A stretch of 64,000 nucleotides of DNA from Thalia democratica. Lineage: Eukaryota. Below the pieces are notes generated by a model. It was not told the origin of the DNA. It searched no databases and was given only the letters and a program-made list of their open reading frames with translations. Below, piece after piece: positions 1-13,614 of this stretch. The position numbers were made by a program, and so were the translations under genes. Numbering within the stretch: position 1 is the stretch's first letter; every line of letters starts with the position of its first letter. The stretch spans positions 15,624,001-15,688,000 of the forward strand of contig OZ241831.1 in the NCBI GenBank assembly GCA_965202585.1. The letters run 5' to 3'.

Positions 1-215
1 GTTACCATATCTATGAAGTATATTTTTCACACTTAATCAGAAGTTTTACAATTTTATTTTTGAGATTACCGCTTTGCGTGAAGTAAGTTGTGAAAAGTAA
101 ACTTATTTACAAATTTAGTTTTAGGTGTCCAATTTTTAAATTTGGTAAAAATATTTGAAATTATAATTATTTGTTAACTTATAAATCTTTTTTTTACAAA
201 TATATTTTTTCTTAG

Positions 216-1570
216 AAACTGGGTTGATAAGTATTTATGAAAAAAACTCCAACACCGAAGAATATGCTCAGTTGGATTTGAGGAAATTGACATGGAAAAA
301 TGTTAGTAATTATAGTAACTAATTATGTAAACAGACAAATAACTATTCTTTGACTAAAATTCATACATTGTTAAACAGTTTGGCGTACATTTTGTGGCGA
401 AACCAAACTCCATTCGATCGACGCTCGTCCTAGGAAACCGCATTTATTGCGTCACAGAAAACTTTCTTGCCAGTCAGGCGACACAAAAAGAATTCAGACA
501 TTTCAGAGGGAAAGTTAATTTTAATTTGACTGAAATAGCGGGAGGTGACTCTGTAGGAAGTAGGAAGTTTTCATTTATTTGTATTATTACGGTACCAACA
601 TAATCTGTTCAAAAATAACGTATTTCATTGTATTAAAAACATTAACTGTTTTAAACATGAAAAATTTTTTAGGTGAGATGTATGTTCTAGGAATAATTAG
701 AGATGAATTTGTCGCCATTGAATGCTTTAGCGAAAGTCATAAGTTAGATACTAGCTGTTCCAGTACCTTGATAATTACCTTAAAAGAGTGCAAAAAGCTA
801 ATAAACCAATCCGTTTGCTGTTTTCAAGGTTGTTTACAAAAAAAAATATTATAAACTTTTAAGAGTCAATTGTAAATTATATCTTTAAAAGACTCACTGT
901 GCTATTGTGTAAAAAAAAACCTCTTTATCATAGAAAACACTATTTTCAGGACAAGTTTTTGTGCTTGGTGGAATAGAGTTGCTTGAAGACGGTGAAAAGA
1001 AAACGAGCAACTTAGTTTGGTCTGTCAGGCCCGGAAGAAACGCAACCATTCGATCCAGAGCCAGCATGATAGTAGCCAGGTCTCATTTCACTGTCAATCA
1101 TATAAACGGGTACATCGTCGTTGCAGGTAAGTCTAACTAAACTGCTTTTTACTAAATTTAAAGCAAAGTTTTATACAAGTCAGAATAGAAGTCACTAATT
1201 CAACATGCCAAAACTTAAAAAATAGGTGGCAAAGATGAAAATGGAAGAGCCCTGTCATCTGTGGAGTACTACTGTCCGAATTTAAACGAATGGAAGTTCC
1301 TAACTTCCATGCTGCACCTGAGAATTAGTCACTCGTCATGCATGATCGACGATCGCCTATACGTAGTAGGAGGGTTAGTTAAATTAAACTAGTTAAGCTC
1401 TAGTTCTATAACTAGTTAAAATATTATTTTGCAGGTATAGCCTATCGAAAGAAAAGAAGAAAACGTTTGTGAAGTCTGTAGAAAGGTACGATCCAATCAC
1501 TAACCTTTGGCACCTCGTCACTGAAATGAACTTTACTCACCATCTAGGATCTTGTATTGCTTATGTGTGA
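216..1570 (+). CDS. Kelch-repeat protein, 3' exons only (5' end upstream of the window)
   Basis: Well-supported exons: 673-828 (GEMYVLG...SVCCFQ), 950-1126 (GQVFVLGG...MIVARSHFTVNHINGYIVVAG), 1226-1373 (GKDENGRALSSVEYYCPNLNEWKFLTSMLHLRISHSSCMIDDRLYVVGG) and 1435-1570 (YSLSKEKKKTFVKSVERYDPITNLWHLVTEM...AYV*, TGA 1568-1570). All junctions are GT-AG and in phase. GG doublets, VERYDP and W are kelch hallmarks. Probable upstream exons 216-301 and 379-~545/560 have uncertain junctions. Confidence 0.85.
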
Positions 1571-4500
1571 TTGAATGCAACAATTTTGTTGATATGATAA
1601 TTTCAGTTTGGTACTAAACCATTAATTTTTATAATTTATTTTATTTAAATTGTATAAATTTAGTTTTTTTCGAAAAATTGCTTTTAAAAATCAAGTTCAG
1701 CTCAATTAAAATCAAAATCTTTGTTTAGCTGAATGAAATTATAAATATAATTCATCGTTTTAAATTCAACTTTTATAACTTCGCTATCTAATGTTCATAT
1801 TTACTGTACTATTTCAAACCTTGCCAAATAAATGATTAAAAAAATGATTTGTTAACTTTGTAATAAAAAAATAAATATTAATTGAAAAAAAAACATCTAT
1901 AAATATTAACGGATCAACATACTATTGAACATAAGAAAAACAAACTAGAAAAGTAACTCTCACATCGGGTTACCATATAAACATATGTGACTATAAATTG
2001 TAAAGTTCGTTTTTTATGAGTTTCAATTCTAACATTATATTGAAACGCATATCTAAGACTTGAAATTAGTAGCATTTACACCTCAAACTTACGGATATGT
2101 TGAGTTAACTTAAAAATTAAACTAAATTATTAAAGAACGAGTAAACAGGTAAACCAGTATTTTAGAACCTCTTGAAGAAAAAACTCGTCCAAATAAAAGT
2201 CTGTATCGCCAATGTTTCACATAATCTTTTAATAGATAATATAAATCAATATTAAATCAAATACAAAAGTATAACTAGGTTAATAGTTATTTTTGAATGA
2301 TCTATGACTTGTCTTAAAATAATTTTTTCTGTATTTAAGGCCAAAATGCATAAAAGCCTACTATGTAAATCGTGAAGCGTTCCTACTTTTTTTATTATAC
2401 ATAGATCACAAATGAAAAAAAATTAAAATGGAACTATTTGTTATTTAGAAGGGACCTTATTAATGTTTTATATTATTTAGAGTTTATATAGTATGTTTTT
2501 CTTTATCACGAAATGTTTTTCTTTTGTAAACTTAAATAGTTTATTTTTTGAATAGTCTGTCATTTTTAGTTTTTTTACAGAATTGCAGTTTGATAATCCG
2601 TTCAGCGGTGAAACTTAATAGCTGTCTGAGTCTGTAATAAACATAAATATTTAAGTCATATCAAAATTAACCTCCAAAGTTAAAATTAAAGTACAAAAAC
2701 TTTCATTATAGTAAACTTACAATTTATTTTTTATTAACAGTAACTACCTATTTTTTAAAGTATGTTAAGAATTGTGATAAATGTTGTAAGTAAAGTTTTT
2801 TTTATAACTCGCGGTTTAAATTAAAGTTGTTTGTCAAAAAATCGTCAGTTGTTTAAAAATTTATTAGAATTATTAAATAATAAATTTAATAATAAAATTT
2901 AAAATGTTGTTTAAAATTATTTCTTAAAATGATTTCATCACTTGCCTTTAACTATCAATAAGCATAACTTAGCTCATCTTATACTTATTTTAAGCGAGTT
3001 ATGAACTATTCAATTTTCTTCAAATGATTCTCTAATTTTTATTATTAGCTTTAAATGATTTTTACCAATAACGTGAATATGTATAAAAATTTTGGATTAT
3101 TTAAAGCTTTTAAGAGTTCTTGAAAGAAAACTTAGTTTGCTAAAAATTTTTTGGAAAACTTAAAATTATATTATGTCATGAACTTTAAAAGTATATATTT
3201 TAAAGTTGAACTAAGAATTTTCAAGACTTCTTTCTAATAAAGTATACGTAAACTATTTTAGTAATTTACAAGCTTTATAATTTAAACTTTTTATTTATGT
3301 TAATTTAAAATTCCCCATTAGCCTTTTACTCACCGGAATTCTCGTGTATGTTTTATTTTGTTGGCTTTTTTTTTCTAAGTATTTTTATCTTGCTAATCTA
3401 ATTAAAAATTGAACCGAACACTAATACTTAATTATTTAAAAGTCTAAACTACCAGTAATTTGTTTTTTAAATAAGTATAGTTTTATGACACTATGAAATT
3501 TTGTAGTACTATAGTTATATAAGTAACATGTTTTTAATTTATTTCACTTTTCTTTAAATGGTAATTTAGTTTCGAATTAAAAAAGTAATAATATAACTAT
3601 AAATTGCACTTTTCGATTTTGAATTAACAGTTTTATAAAAATCTTATTTGTTAAACCATGTTGATTGTTTTTCTTTTTGAATAAAAAAAAATCAATTAAG
3701 TGTTTATTTGCACTAAGTGATAATTGTCTCATTTAATACACTATTTCAATTGAACTTCATACAAAAAAGTCTAAAAATAATCGAATTAAAGGAAGCTTTG
3801 ATCAGTTAGAAAAGTTTCTTTCATCAAAATATAATGTTTTAAAGATTGATAAGGCGTCAGACTAGTACATTTTTGACTGTATGTACTAAAAGTTTTTGTT
3901 TGTTAAGTTTTTCAAGTATTGCTATTTTAATAGCTTAAACTACAATTATTTGCGTACATTAATAGTATATTTTTTTCAGTAAACAATATTTTAATTCTAT
4001 TGTTGTTTTTTTTAACACTTCTTTAACTTAATAAACATAAAGAAAAAAAAGTGATATGTCAATTTAAATTTGTTCTTATTCTGTCTAACTAATTTAAATT
4101 CTATCTAATGCCATTGAAAATAACAGCTTACAACCTTTTCAATAGAAAATGGTTATAACTTGAAAAATCGCTTTAGTATATTGTTTGTTATCACCTGTTT
4201 TCAAAATGTACTACTTTTTAATAGCTTAATTAATAATTATTATTTGTCTAATTTATCTCATATACGTGTTTTATATTTAAAATAAACACAGCTAAATACC
4301 GAATAGTTTCACTTACTGTTCAGAATAATAAAAAAAAACACATTTGTCAGATAAACTGAAAAAGTGAGGTATATGTTTTCTTTTTACTTGATCAGGTACG
4401 TTGTTATTTTGAATTTTAGTTTTTCCTGTAACTAATCAATGGCTATCTTTATAGTTATTTAACTAAAAATAGCACGAAAAGTAAGAAAAAAAAGTTTATA

Positions 4501-5947
4501 AGTACTCCTAGTAAGTGTACAAATTTGATAATTGTTTAGGATCTAATAATTGAGATAAACTTGACTGAGAAACTTAATTTTTACAATTAGTTTTCTTCAC
4601 AAAAATTACAACATTTTAAAGTAAACATAAAATGTTTTACTTTATTTAAAATAAACATGTTTTTTCACAAATGAATCTTAATTTTAATTGTTGTGTTAAT
4701 AGTTAAAATTTAATTTTTGTTAATATTTAGCTTAATAACTTATGTAAGTTGACAGAATTCACCCGAACAAAGGTTATAAATCACGCGAGTTTTAATTTTT
4801 AGCAACTATTTTTTTGTGTTTTATAACTAAGTTATAAAAAAAATTTTATTCATTTATTTTTAGAAAAGTTTAAATAAAACAGACTAGTGATGAAAAGAAG
4901 TTTGAATCGACGATAAACTTATGAATTAAAGTGAATGATAAAATAAAAACGAAAAGCACATAAAACAGTACAAAAGAAAAATTTATATACAAAGAAATTA
5001 CTTAATTTTTTTATAAATAAAGTTACAATGTAGTAAATAAAAAACAATCCAAAATTTGCTTTTTTTATAAACTTTTACACAAATTATAAGTATACTTAGA
5101 TAAAATTTTTACTGATAACAAAAAAAGATTAAAAAAGTTTAATTAATATTCTTGTACTACTGTAAATAAAATTTTGTGTATCTAGTTATATTATTCAAGA
5201 CAGTAGTTTTTAACAAGCTTAACAAGTTGTGCTCACTGCACTATCTAATATACAACTTATTACCAAAAAAACTATAACTGTTTTTGTTTTGCTGTCTTAA
5301 TAGAGTTGTAAGTTAAAACTGAGTAAATTCTATATTAAAAAATAAAAAGATAATCTGTTTACCTATTTTAAGCTCTTTTCAGACCATGCATAATTGTTTG
5401 TTTATATTAGACAACTTCTATGCACACATATATGCACTATTAGGGAACACCCGACTAATTTTAATTATACACTAACAAACATAAATTAAAATTATTTAAT
5501 CCATCTATAATTATATAAAACAAAGATTAAATAAAATGCATAAAAACACTTTCAAACTTTACATTTCATAGACTTAAAAAACTACAGATTAGTCAAAGTT
5601 CTCCACATGAACGCAGTTTAAAATACTTTTGAGTGTTCAATTTTTTGCAAAAAATGAGTGAAAAAGCTCAACTTTAATAGATTCATAGTAAAAAAAAAAA
5701 GATCAAATTGTTTTCAAACTAAAGATTAACTTGTATAATTTTTTTTAATGTAGCTTTTACAACTAAGCAAAATGTTTAAACGACTAATTTAATAATACAC
5801 TTTTATAGCCTCTACACTTAACTTTTGTAATCTGTATTTTAGAATACATTAGAATAATTTTCTTTATAAAACTGTGTTAATTTCGAAAAGTATAATTAAT
5901 TACAGTTTTTGTTAAATTAAATAAGCGTCAACCTGTAAATACGCATA

Positions 5948-7460
5948 TTAAACGAATTTTTTACATAAAACTGGGTACTGGTTCTCACAAGGTACACAAA
6001 TCACCTTCATTTTATTAGGAGATAGAACAGTACATGTGTTACTACTGTTTTGTTTATCTTCTTTGCAGTCATTTGTATAACCAAAATCACGAAGATTTGA
6101 CTTGCCTTCTTTGTTTAGTTCTTCAAAAGCAATCCAAACATCAGAACTATTTTCTTTACGTAGTTCCGCTTCTAGTTTGCTAATTTGTAAATGTTTTTAT
6201 TTATTTTATTACAAGCAACTTTGTGTAATGATTATTTAATGTATAAAATAATTTAAGATTTTTGCTTCCCTAAAATTTTGTTTCAATGTAACAATAATAG
6301 AAAATAAACAAAATGTATTCTTTTTTCTATTATTTATCACATAAACTTTTAAGTTCATTTTGAATTAATAAATTCAAAATTAAATATAAGTTATCAAACT
6401 ATTTACAACGTTTTATATTATTAAAGTGTATTTATATATATATTTATATTATCATACTTTACATATCATTTTTACTTTATTTTTATTTAAATAGTAATAT
6501 TGTTTACAAAGAAGGTTTGTTATTATTTTTCAAAAGGTTAGTAGTCATGTTTTTTGTTTTATTTATTGTTATCTTAAACTTTCAACATATACAAAAGCAT
6601 CAAAACATGGCTACTGTTTGTATTAATTAAAAAACATCAATGTGTTTTTTTTATATCAAAGTTTTTGTGTTAATATAATAATGAAACATGTTTACAACTA
6701 TTTAGGAATAAAATATTCTATCTATTTAGCAAAAGTACTTAATTTAAAAAACTCACTCTCTTGCAAAAATGTTTTTTTCATTAAACGTTTTATAGACTAC
6801 ATCACCTTCGAGGTCTTTGCACATTTCTCTAGACTGATTGAAACTTTCTTTTTTGTAAGTACGAAAGAAAACTACTGAGGTGTACTTTCGAAACTCTAAA
6901 AAGAGGAATTTAGTTTTAAATAGTTATCAAAACAATTTTGATCAACAACAGACAAAAAACTTTAATTGGTTTAACTTTAGGTTTAATTGCTTTTTTAACT
7001 CTTTATTCGTAGTTTAAAAGTTCATAATTGGTTTACAAGTTGATTATGTTAGTTTACCAAAACAAAATGACTAAAAAAAACCTTCTTTTAAATAAGTGAT
7101 GTTGTTCTGGATCTCAGTAACTTTATTAGAAACCATGATATCATGTTGAGCATCAGTAATGTTTCTTTTTTTGAAATACTCCATGTTTGATTCAAGCTCA
7201 TCAATACGTTTTCTGATGATTACTAATTCAGGCTCAATTTTTGAAATGTTTTGGCTTTTTATATCCTGAACATCATGGTAAAGTGAAGTAAAATTTATTT
7301 CTTTTCCTGTTTTTTTAGGAACGTCTTCATTAAAGTTATGGTTTGGAATCTTTACTTGGTTGTTGTTGACGGAAACATGTAACGCTATGATCGCTAATAG
7401 TGCTGTTATAGACAGCAAAACCCACGTAATCCTCAATTTATTTGTATAACTTATTTCCAT
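5948..7460 (-). CDS. Type II transmembrane C-type lectin-domain protein, 3 exons, 239 aa
   Basis: Exons 7460-7082 (phase 1), 6895-6787 (phase 2) and 6179-5948 (TAA) join in frame with GT-AG introns. Protein: ~10-aa cytoplasmic tail, TM (ITWVLLSITALLAIIALHVSV), coiled-coil-like neck, then a CTLD with FNQSREMCKDLEG, VWI (WIGL-like), NTC and terminal VPCENQYPVLC. Confidence 0.8.
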
Positions 7461-7969
7461 CAGTTTTTATTGCTTTATAAAATAAGTTTGATATTAATTA
7501 TGTGTATATATTACAACAAAGACTTGTAAATTTGTTCTTTATTAGAATAATATAAAATAACTAATATTTTTAAATGTTATTTTTAAATAATATCTTGATA
7601 AACACATGAAGAAATACTTTTTACTAATTCAGATTTTTTTTAATGTGTTGTTCATAATTAGTAAGTATAAAAACAAAAAGCTATAAAACATAAATCTTCT
7701 ACTTTGGACTTGTAGCTCATTTTTTTAATGTTTAAAAAACTCACTAAATTAAAAATAAGTAATCAAAACTTAAACTTTTAACTTGTAGACATATCCTAAA
7801 TTTAAATATTTTTTGAATACTTTTGCTAAGAAGCAGTTCATTTATCAGCTACAAGAAATTTTTAGAGAATCAATAGTCTGTTTAAAACTAAACTGTTTAA
7901 CTTATTTTATATAAGAATAAAACAAAGAAATTATGGAGTTGTAGACGTCATTAATGGTTTAGATTAGAT

Positions 7970-9316
7970 CAGGGTTTCCCCATATAGGTCACATGGCTCC
8001 CTTGGGGGCCATTACAGAAATTTAGGGGGCCGTAACCAGCATTGGGGCCACAGGGGGTCATAAAGCCATAACTTAAAACTTACACTAGATATTCTGGTTC
8101 GATGATAAGAGCAAATAAAAATTATAGGCGTATTCAAAAGTAATTTTGAAACTTTTACTAGATATTATGGGAAAATCTTAGAAATTATGGGAAACTAAGG
8201 GGGCCATAAGCTGTAAAAGGGGGAGCCACAGTGCCATAATCTAAAATTATACATGATAATCTGGAGTTGATAATGAAGTGCAAAAATAATGTCGTAGGCA
8301 TATTTAATTGTAGTTTTCCCAAAATTGTTGTCGAGAGGGCGCTTATATCTTGTTTATTGAACGATAAAAAAAGCGCTCAAAAAGTTTGGTCTAAGGACCT
8401 GGTGTACGTAGAAACCTTTCAGTTATCGAGTCGTACACCACATGCTTAAAAAAATTCTTACGAGCTATTATACATAGTTTTTTTATCATTAAGATATTTA
8501 AATCTTTAGTAATAAAACAATCAGTTAAACGAAATGAAAAATGAAAGAAAACAAAACTAAACGAAAATTAACTGAATTTTGTGTTTAATAATGTACTATG
8601 AATCTTGTTTGGTAACATAAGCACTAAAAAATATACATAACTTTAATTTAACTTTTAAAATGAGATAAACAACACTTATAACAAACGTGTGAATACTTGA
8701 ATTATCGTTAATGTTAAACCTCTTTAAAGAAAGTAAAATGTAACACGCTGAAATATCTTTACGAAAAAAAAAATATAAGTATTTTGTGTTAAAAAGGTTA
8801 ATTTTATTTTATTTAATAATTTGATTAACAGTAAAAATAATTTTACATTTGAATAATTAAATAAACTATTGTCATTTTTTTAAATAATTTTAAAGAAGTG
8901 ATTTTCACTATAACTGAACTTAACTTTTATAAATTAAAATATGAAGATAAGTACTGTAAAATTTATGCTTTTAATAATAAGTTAATAACAATAATAGTTT
9001 CAACAATAATGATATTAACAACAACAAATTTACTTCTATTTTGAGTTAAACTTTTTTTTTTGAATACTTGTCCAAGTCTAAAACTGTAATAATAAAAATG
9101 CAAACATAAAAAAAAGAATTTTTTCTTTGATCTCCTCGAAAATAAGAATTTTTTTTAACTTAAGTTTGATTGAAACAGTTATCTCAGCCTACTATTTAAA
9201 AACTTTATTTTCTTTTAAAGTATAAACATCTATAACTGTTTTTTACATTTGCATGCTAAATATAGATATTTTTATTTACATAAAGGGGGCTTCTGAAAAA
9301 CGTTTGGGAAATCCTG
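7970..9316. mobile_element. Non-autonomous hAT-superfamily DNA transposon (1347 bp)
   Basis: Imperfect TIRs CAGGGTTTCCC (7970-7980) and GGGAAATCCTG (9306-9316). Exact 8-bp TSD GATTAGAT at 7962-7969 and 9317-9324. GGGGGCC-rich subterminal motifs. No transposase ORF. Confidence 0.88.
8352..8441. repeat. Copy A of a ~90-110 bp dispersed structured repeat
   Basis: Aligns by eye with 61593-61700 and 63451-63536 (core ...cctggtgyacgwagaacctttcrgttatcgagtcgtacaccac...). Confidence 0.75.
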
Positions 9317-12300
9317 GATTAGATGTTTTAAGCTATCCTGCTATTTATCATTAAAAATTATAGCTTTTCAAACTAAAACTAAATTTTAGAAAAAAATATT
9401 TCACTTGCAGCTTGTTAATATTTCAAACATTATAATTCAATTTTTCTAAAAGCTTACTAACTTAATTAGACGAAATTAAAAACTCTTATCAAATAAAATT
9501 AAACTCATCTGACACAAATTGTTTCCGTTTTCTTATTATTTCCCTTTTACTTTCAAAGAAATAATTAAAGCTTTTTTACTAGGAAAGGTAAATCGATTTT
9601 TTTTGTTTTATCTTATTTAATTGTTATATTTTTAAGCACACTGCAATTACAAAATAATTTAGAGTCAACCCTTTTTTAGTTCAAGTTAACTTTGTGTTGT
9701 TTTCAAAAGGTCCTCAGTAAAAGTAATTTTTTTAAATTTTGAAAAAAATTGTATATTGCTTTGCTTTTTATTTATTTAATAATATGTTCTTCAAGATTAT
9801 TTTTCTTTTTACTAAAACTACAACCGTCTTTTTGTAAATAACTTGATGACATAATTTCCTATTTACAAAAAGTCAGTAAAGAAGCCAAGTGTTATAAGTA
9901 AAATACTAAATTTTTCTCCTTGACTTAATTTGTAAGTAGAATCAAGTTGTATGAAAGCTAAGTAGTTTTAAATTAAAAAAAATCTTTTAGATATTATTTG
10001 TGTGACTTGTTAAACATAAATTTTACGGAGATGTAACACTCTTCAGAGTAAATCATTAAAAGAGTTGGTATTTATTGTTTTACAAATTTGACTAAAATTA
10101 AGTCTATTTACAAACTTATAAATAAACTAACTGAATCGACCAGATTAACACCAGGTTACGATTACCTACGTTTAACAACATAGCTCTACATACTTTGAAA
10201 AAACAAGCAAATGTATTAAACTTTAATTAAACTGTTAAATTAAAACTTAATCTAACAAGTTACAAACTAATGTTAGAAACTGCATGTTTTTTTCACAGTT
10301 CTGTTGGTTGTTTTTCAAAAACATATACACCTAGCATTAGTTGAATACTTTTATTCTCTATACACTATAAACTTACAAACAAAAATTACAACTGCACTCT
10401 CTCTTAAGTACTAAAGCTTATAATTCTAATGATAAGTTTTTTACAGTACAATTGGTATAATTATGATAATTGGTTTTAATTGAATATTTTCTGATGAAAC
10501 CTCTAACTATTTACTTACTCGAAAATCTAATTTTAAAATAAGTTGCTTACAAAAGAAATTGATAAGCTAAAATCGATTTTACTTGTTTGGTTAATAAAAA
10601 TGTTTTTGAATGAACCATGTCTCAAATTTCTATTTCATACAATACAATTAAGAAAGCCGCATGACATGCAAATTAAACTTAATGTTCAAAAGTAATTTAA
10701 TAATTTACAAGTATTGTTTTATATTAGAATAAGTGATATTTTAACTAAATTAGTAAAAAATGTTTTATAAAACAATTAAAAAAACAAAAATCAAATGTGA
10801 ATCATTTGGTGAAATTTAAAATACTATGAATGAATTTTGTTAATTTAATTAGTTTTTGACATTTAAAAAATGTCTGCGATATTTTTTGTCATTTTAAACT
10901 TTAACATGGTTCATATTTCTTTAGATTATGTTCTTAACTTCAATTACAAACCTTCCTTAAATTTTATATGCTCTACAATAAATATTTCGTAAACTAGTAA
11001 ATAGTTTTAAATATCGAACAAAAATACAGGCTCAAACTGTCTTTATTAAGTTAACTATTGACAATCTAAAAACGACTTATGATCAAGTATCTGAATTTTT
11101 TACTGAACTCCATACAACACACGAAAAGTTCTAATTGTTAATTTCAAGCTATAGTATAAATGAATTCTAATAATTTATTGGGTAATAACTGATACTTGTT
11201 ATTTTGTGAAAATAAAAAACTTTATTACTATTTTTAATTAAAAATATTTTTTGTTTAAACTTATAATTAATTTTTCTAGAAAAAGTGTTGACTTAAGATT
11301 ATTTAAAAAAATGATATTAAAGCAAGATAATAAGGTAACAAAAAAAATCAATATTTTTTTAGTTTCAAATTAAGTATATATTAATCTAGTATAAACAAAA
11401 AATAGAGAGAACGAATACTATAACTGATTTATTAATACTCCAAAAACAACTTTTTAATGAAAAGTGTAAAGTATATTTATTTTAAAATAGAAATATGTGT
11501 ACAATTAAAAACTAATCCAACAAACTTTAAAATACATCTAAAAAAAGTTTTTAATAGCTTTAAAACTGTTTATCTATTAAGTACTCAACCTTTGATTACA
11601 AGATTTTAATCAATTTAAGAAATTAAAAATTTTGAACTTAAAACGAAAATATTATCATTGTAAGTTGCATATAGTAAAACAAAAAAACGTTTTGAATTAG
11701 CTGTTGTATTATGTTATATATATTAATCGCTATTAAAATTTGTTTAAATTTTTTTTTTAAAGAAGTAAACAACTGTGAACTTATTTGCACTTATTAACCT
11801 TATTTGCTTCTTGTTTTTAATTAAATATAACAACAATGTTTCAAAATTCTTGATTTCAATAACAATTTTAGTCTTTTATAAAAGTTAATTTCATATAAAA
11901 ATGTTTTGTGATTAATAAGGTTTAAAAATGTTAATTGTTTTTTTTCTACATACATGTTTCTTATTTTAAGAATATTGCTGTCTAAGTAGCTGTGATGACA
12001 GTAATTTTTTTTCTTAAAAATAATTATGCTATTTAACTATAAGTGTTCGGTAAAAGCAAATTAATCCTAATTGATTGTTAGTTATTAAAAAAAGTCCTTA
12101 TCTTGTTTCATTAAAGAAGAAACTGGTTATTTAGAAAAACCAAAATCTATACTATAAATTTCTGAAACTTTTGTATGTTAGAAATAAAAACATACAGTTC
12201 TTCAATTTAAAAAGTTTTTTTTATTCCATTTAAACCAATCGCTTTAATACATCGTTTCTGCTACATAGGCTCAAACAATAGTTATACACAAAAGTATGTG

Positions 12301-13189
12301 TACAATTATAAAACTAAACTTTAGTTTGTTGCGAAAAAAACTTAAAAGATGAATTTTTTTTTTAAATATTTAAAATTCCTGTTACTTTTTCAACAGCGCA
12401 AAAAAGCGATAGCTATTGTTCTATTTATCTGTTTAACTTTTATTATATACGAATAATAATTAACTCCATTAACGTAATGCTTGTGTGTTGGCAGTTTTTT
12501 AAATAATTTTTAACGTTAGTAAATAACTTTTTGACATTTTTGTTTTGTGAAAATAATTTTACAGTAGTCCGCAAAACAAGTTTTACCATATAATTTAAAC
12601 TATAAAACATTAAAAAAATTCGACTATAAAAAACTGTTTATAAAAATATTTTTTTAGCTTACATACTTTAATTAATTTGTTTTACCAAATCACACCAATA
12701 AAAACTTAAATGTTAATGCTAAAACAGATAAATAGCGTTTTAAATTTGATAATCAGTTTTCAAAAAAATTAAGTATGGGTGAAAGTCGACTATCAATAAA
12801 GTTAAGTTTATAATTAAAGTTTTTTAAATCAAAGAGTTTAAGTAAACTACTTTTAACTACTATTTTTATTAAATTATGTAACTTCTTAAGTTTAAAAAAA
12901 TTTAAAGTTTATTGACTCTTTAAAACCTCTTTATAATAGTTTTTAACTTGCGTTTCTTAATATAAGTTTGTTGTACCTTTTAAATATATTTTAGTTTGAT
13001 AAGTAAAAAACTTTAGCAAAAAACAACAAATGATTAATTTTAGTAAGCTAAGTTCTTTTGGACCAAATGCACTCTTTGTTTTCAAGGAGAGAAAAATATT
13101 TTGGAGACAATTTAATGCAGTAACTACCAGAAATACTGAAAATGATTTCTTTTTATTTACTTTTAGAAATAAAGCCCTTAAAATTGAAT

Positions 13190-13221
13190 CCGGCTTATGG
13201 GAGATGCTTTACCGATCCCTG
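13190..13221. mobile_element. Solo hAT-like terminal sequence
   Basis: ACCGATCCCTG at 13211-13221 (reverse complement CAGGGATCGGT) resembles the CAGGGGTCGGC end of the 51.5-kb element. No partner end found. Confidence 0.35.
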
Positions 13222-13614
13222 CATTAATTAAATCTACAAAGAATAAAGTAAACTATCTAAAAAGAATTAGGGTGTTATGATGAGCTTACAATTAATGATA
13301 ATACAATTAATTATAATATTTAATTTAAAAAAAATGTTTTTCAGTTACTTATAAATGTTAGTCTTAATCATTTTCAGGTATTTATTGTTAAAATATCCGT
13401 CATTTATACAAAATTATTTTTAATAAATTTTCAGCGTAACAAGTTTTAAAAAATATTTTGAAATTAGGTGTCTCCCAAGTAAAATAAAACTTTTTAAACA
13501 CTATATAGTGAGATAACTATATATTTGTCCGGATAAACTTTATATTGCGTTTTTTATTTGAAAGTAATTTACAGAGATTACATTTGAACTAATACTAATA
13601 ATAAACGTTTAGCG

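Noticed and set aside
41-86. Possible extra kelch exon at the window start
   Set aside because: The strong GTAAGT donor at 83 gives the wrong phase or a stop; only a weak donor at 87 fits, so it is not supportable.
7431-7460. ITIM or hemITAM in the lectin tail (ISYTNKL)
   Set aside because: The residue at Y+3 is Lys, so neither (I/V/S)xYxx(L/V) nor YxxL is met.
13030-13227. 65-aa ORF as a gene
   Set aside because: No recognisable motif or splice context; its 3' end overlaps a transposon-like terminus.
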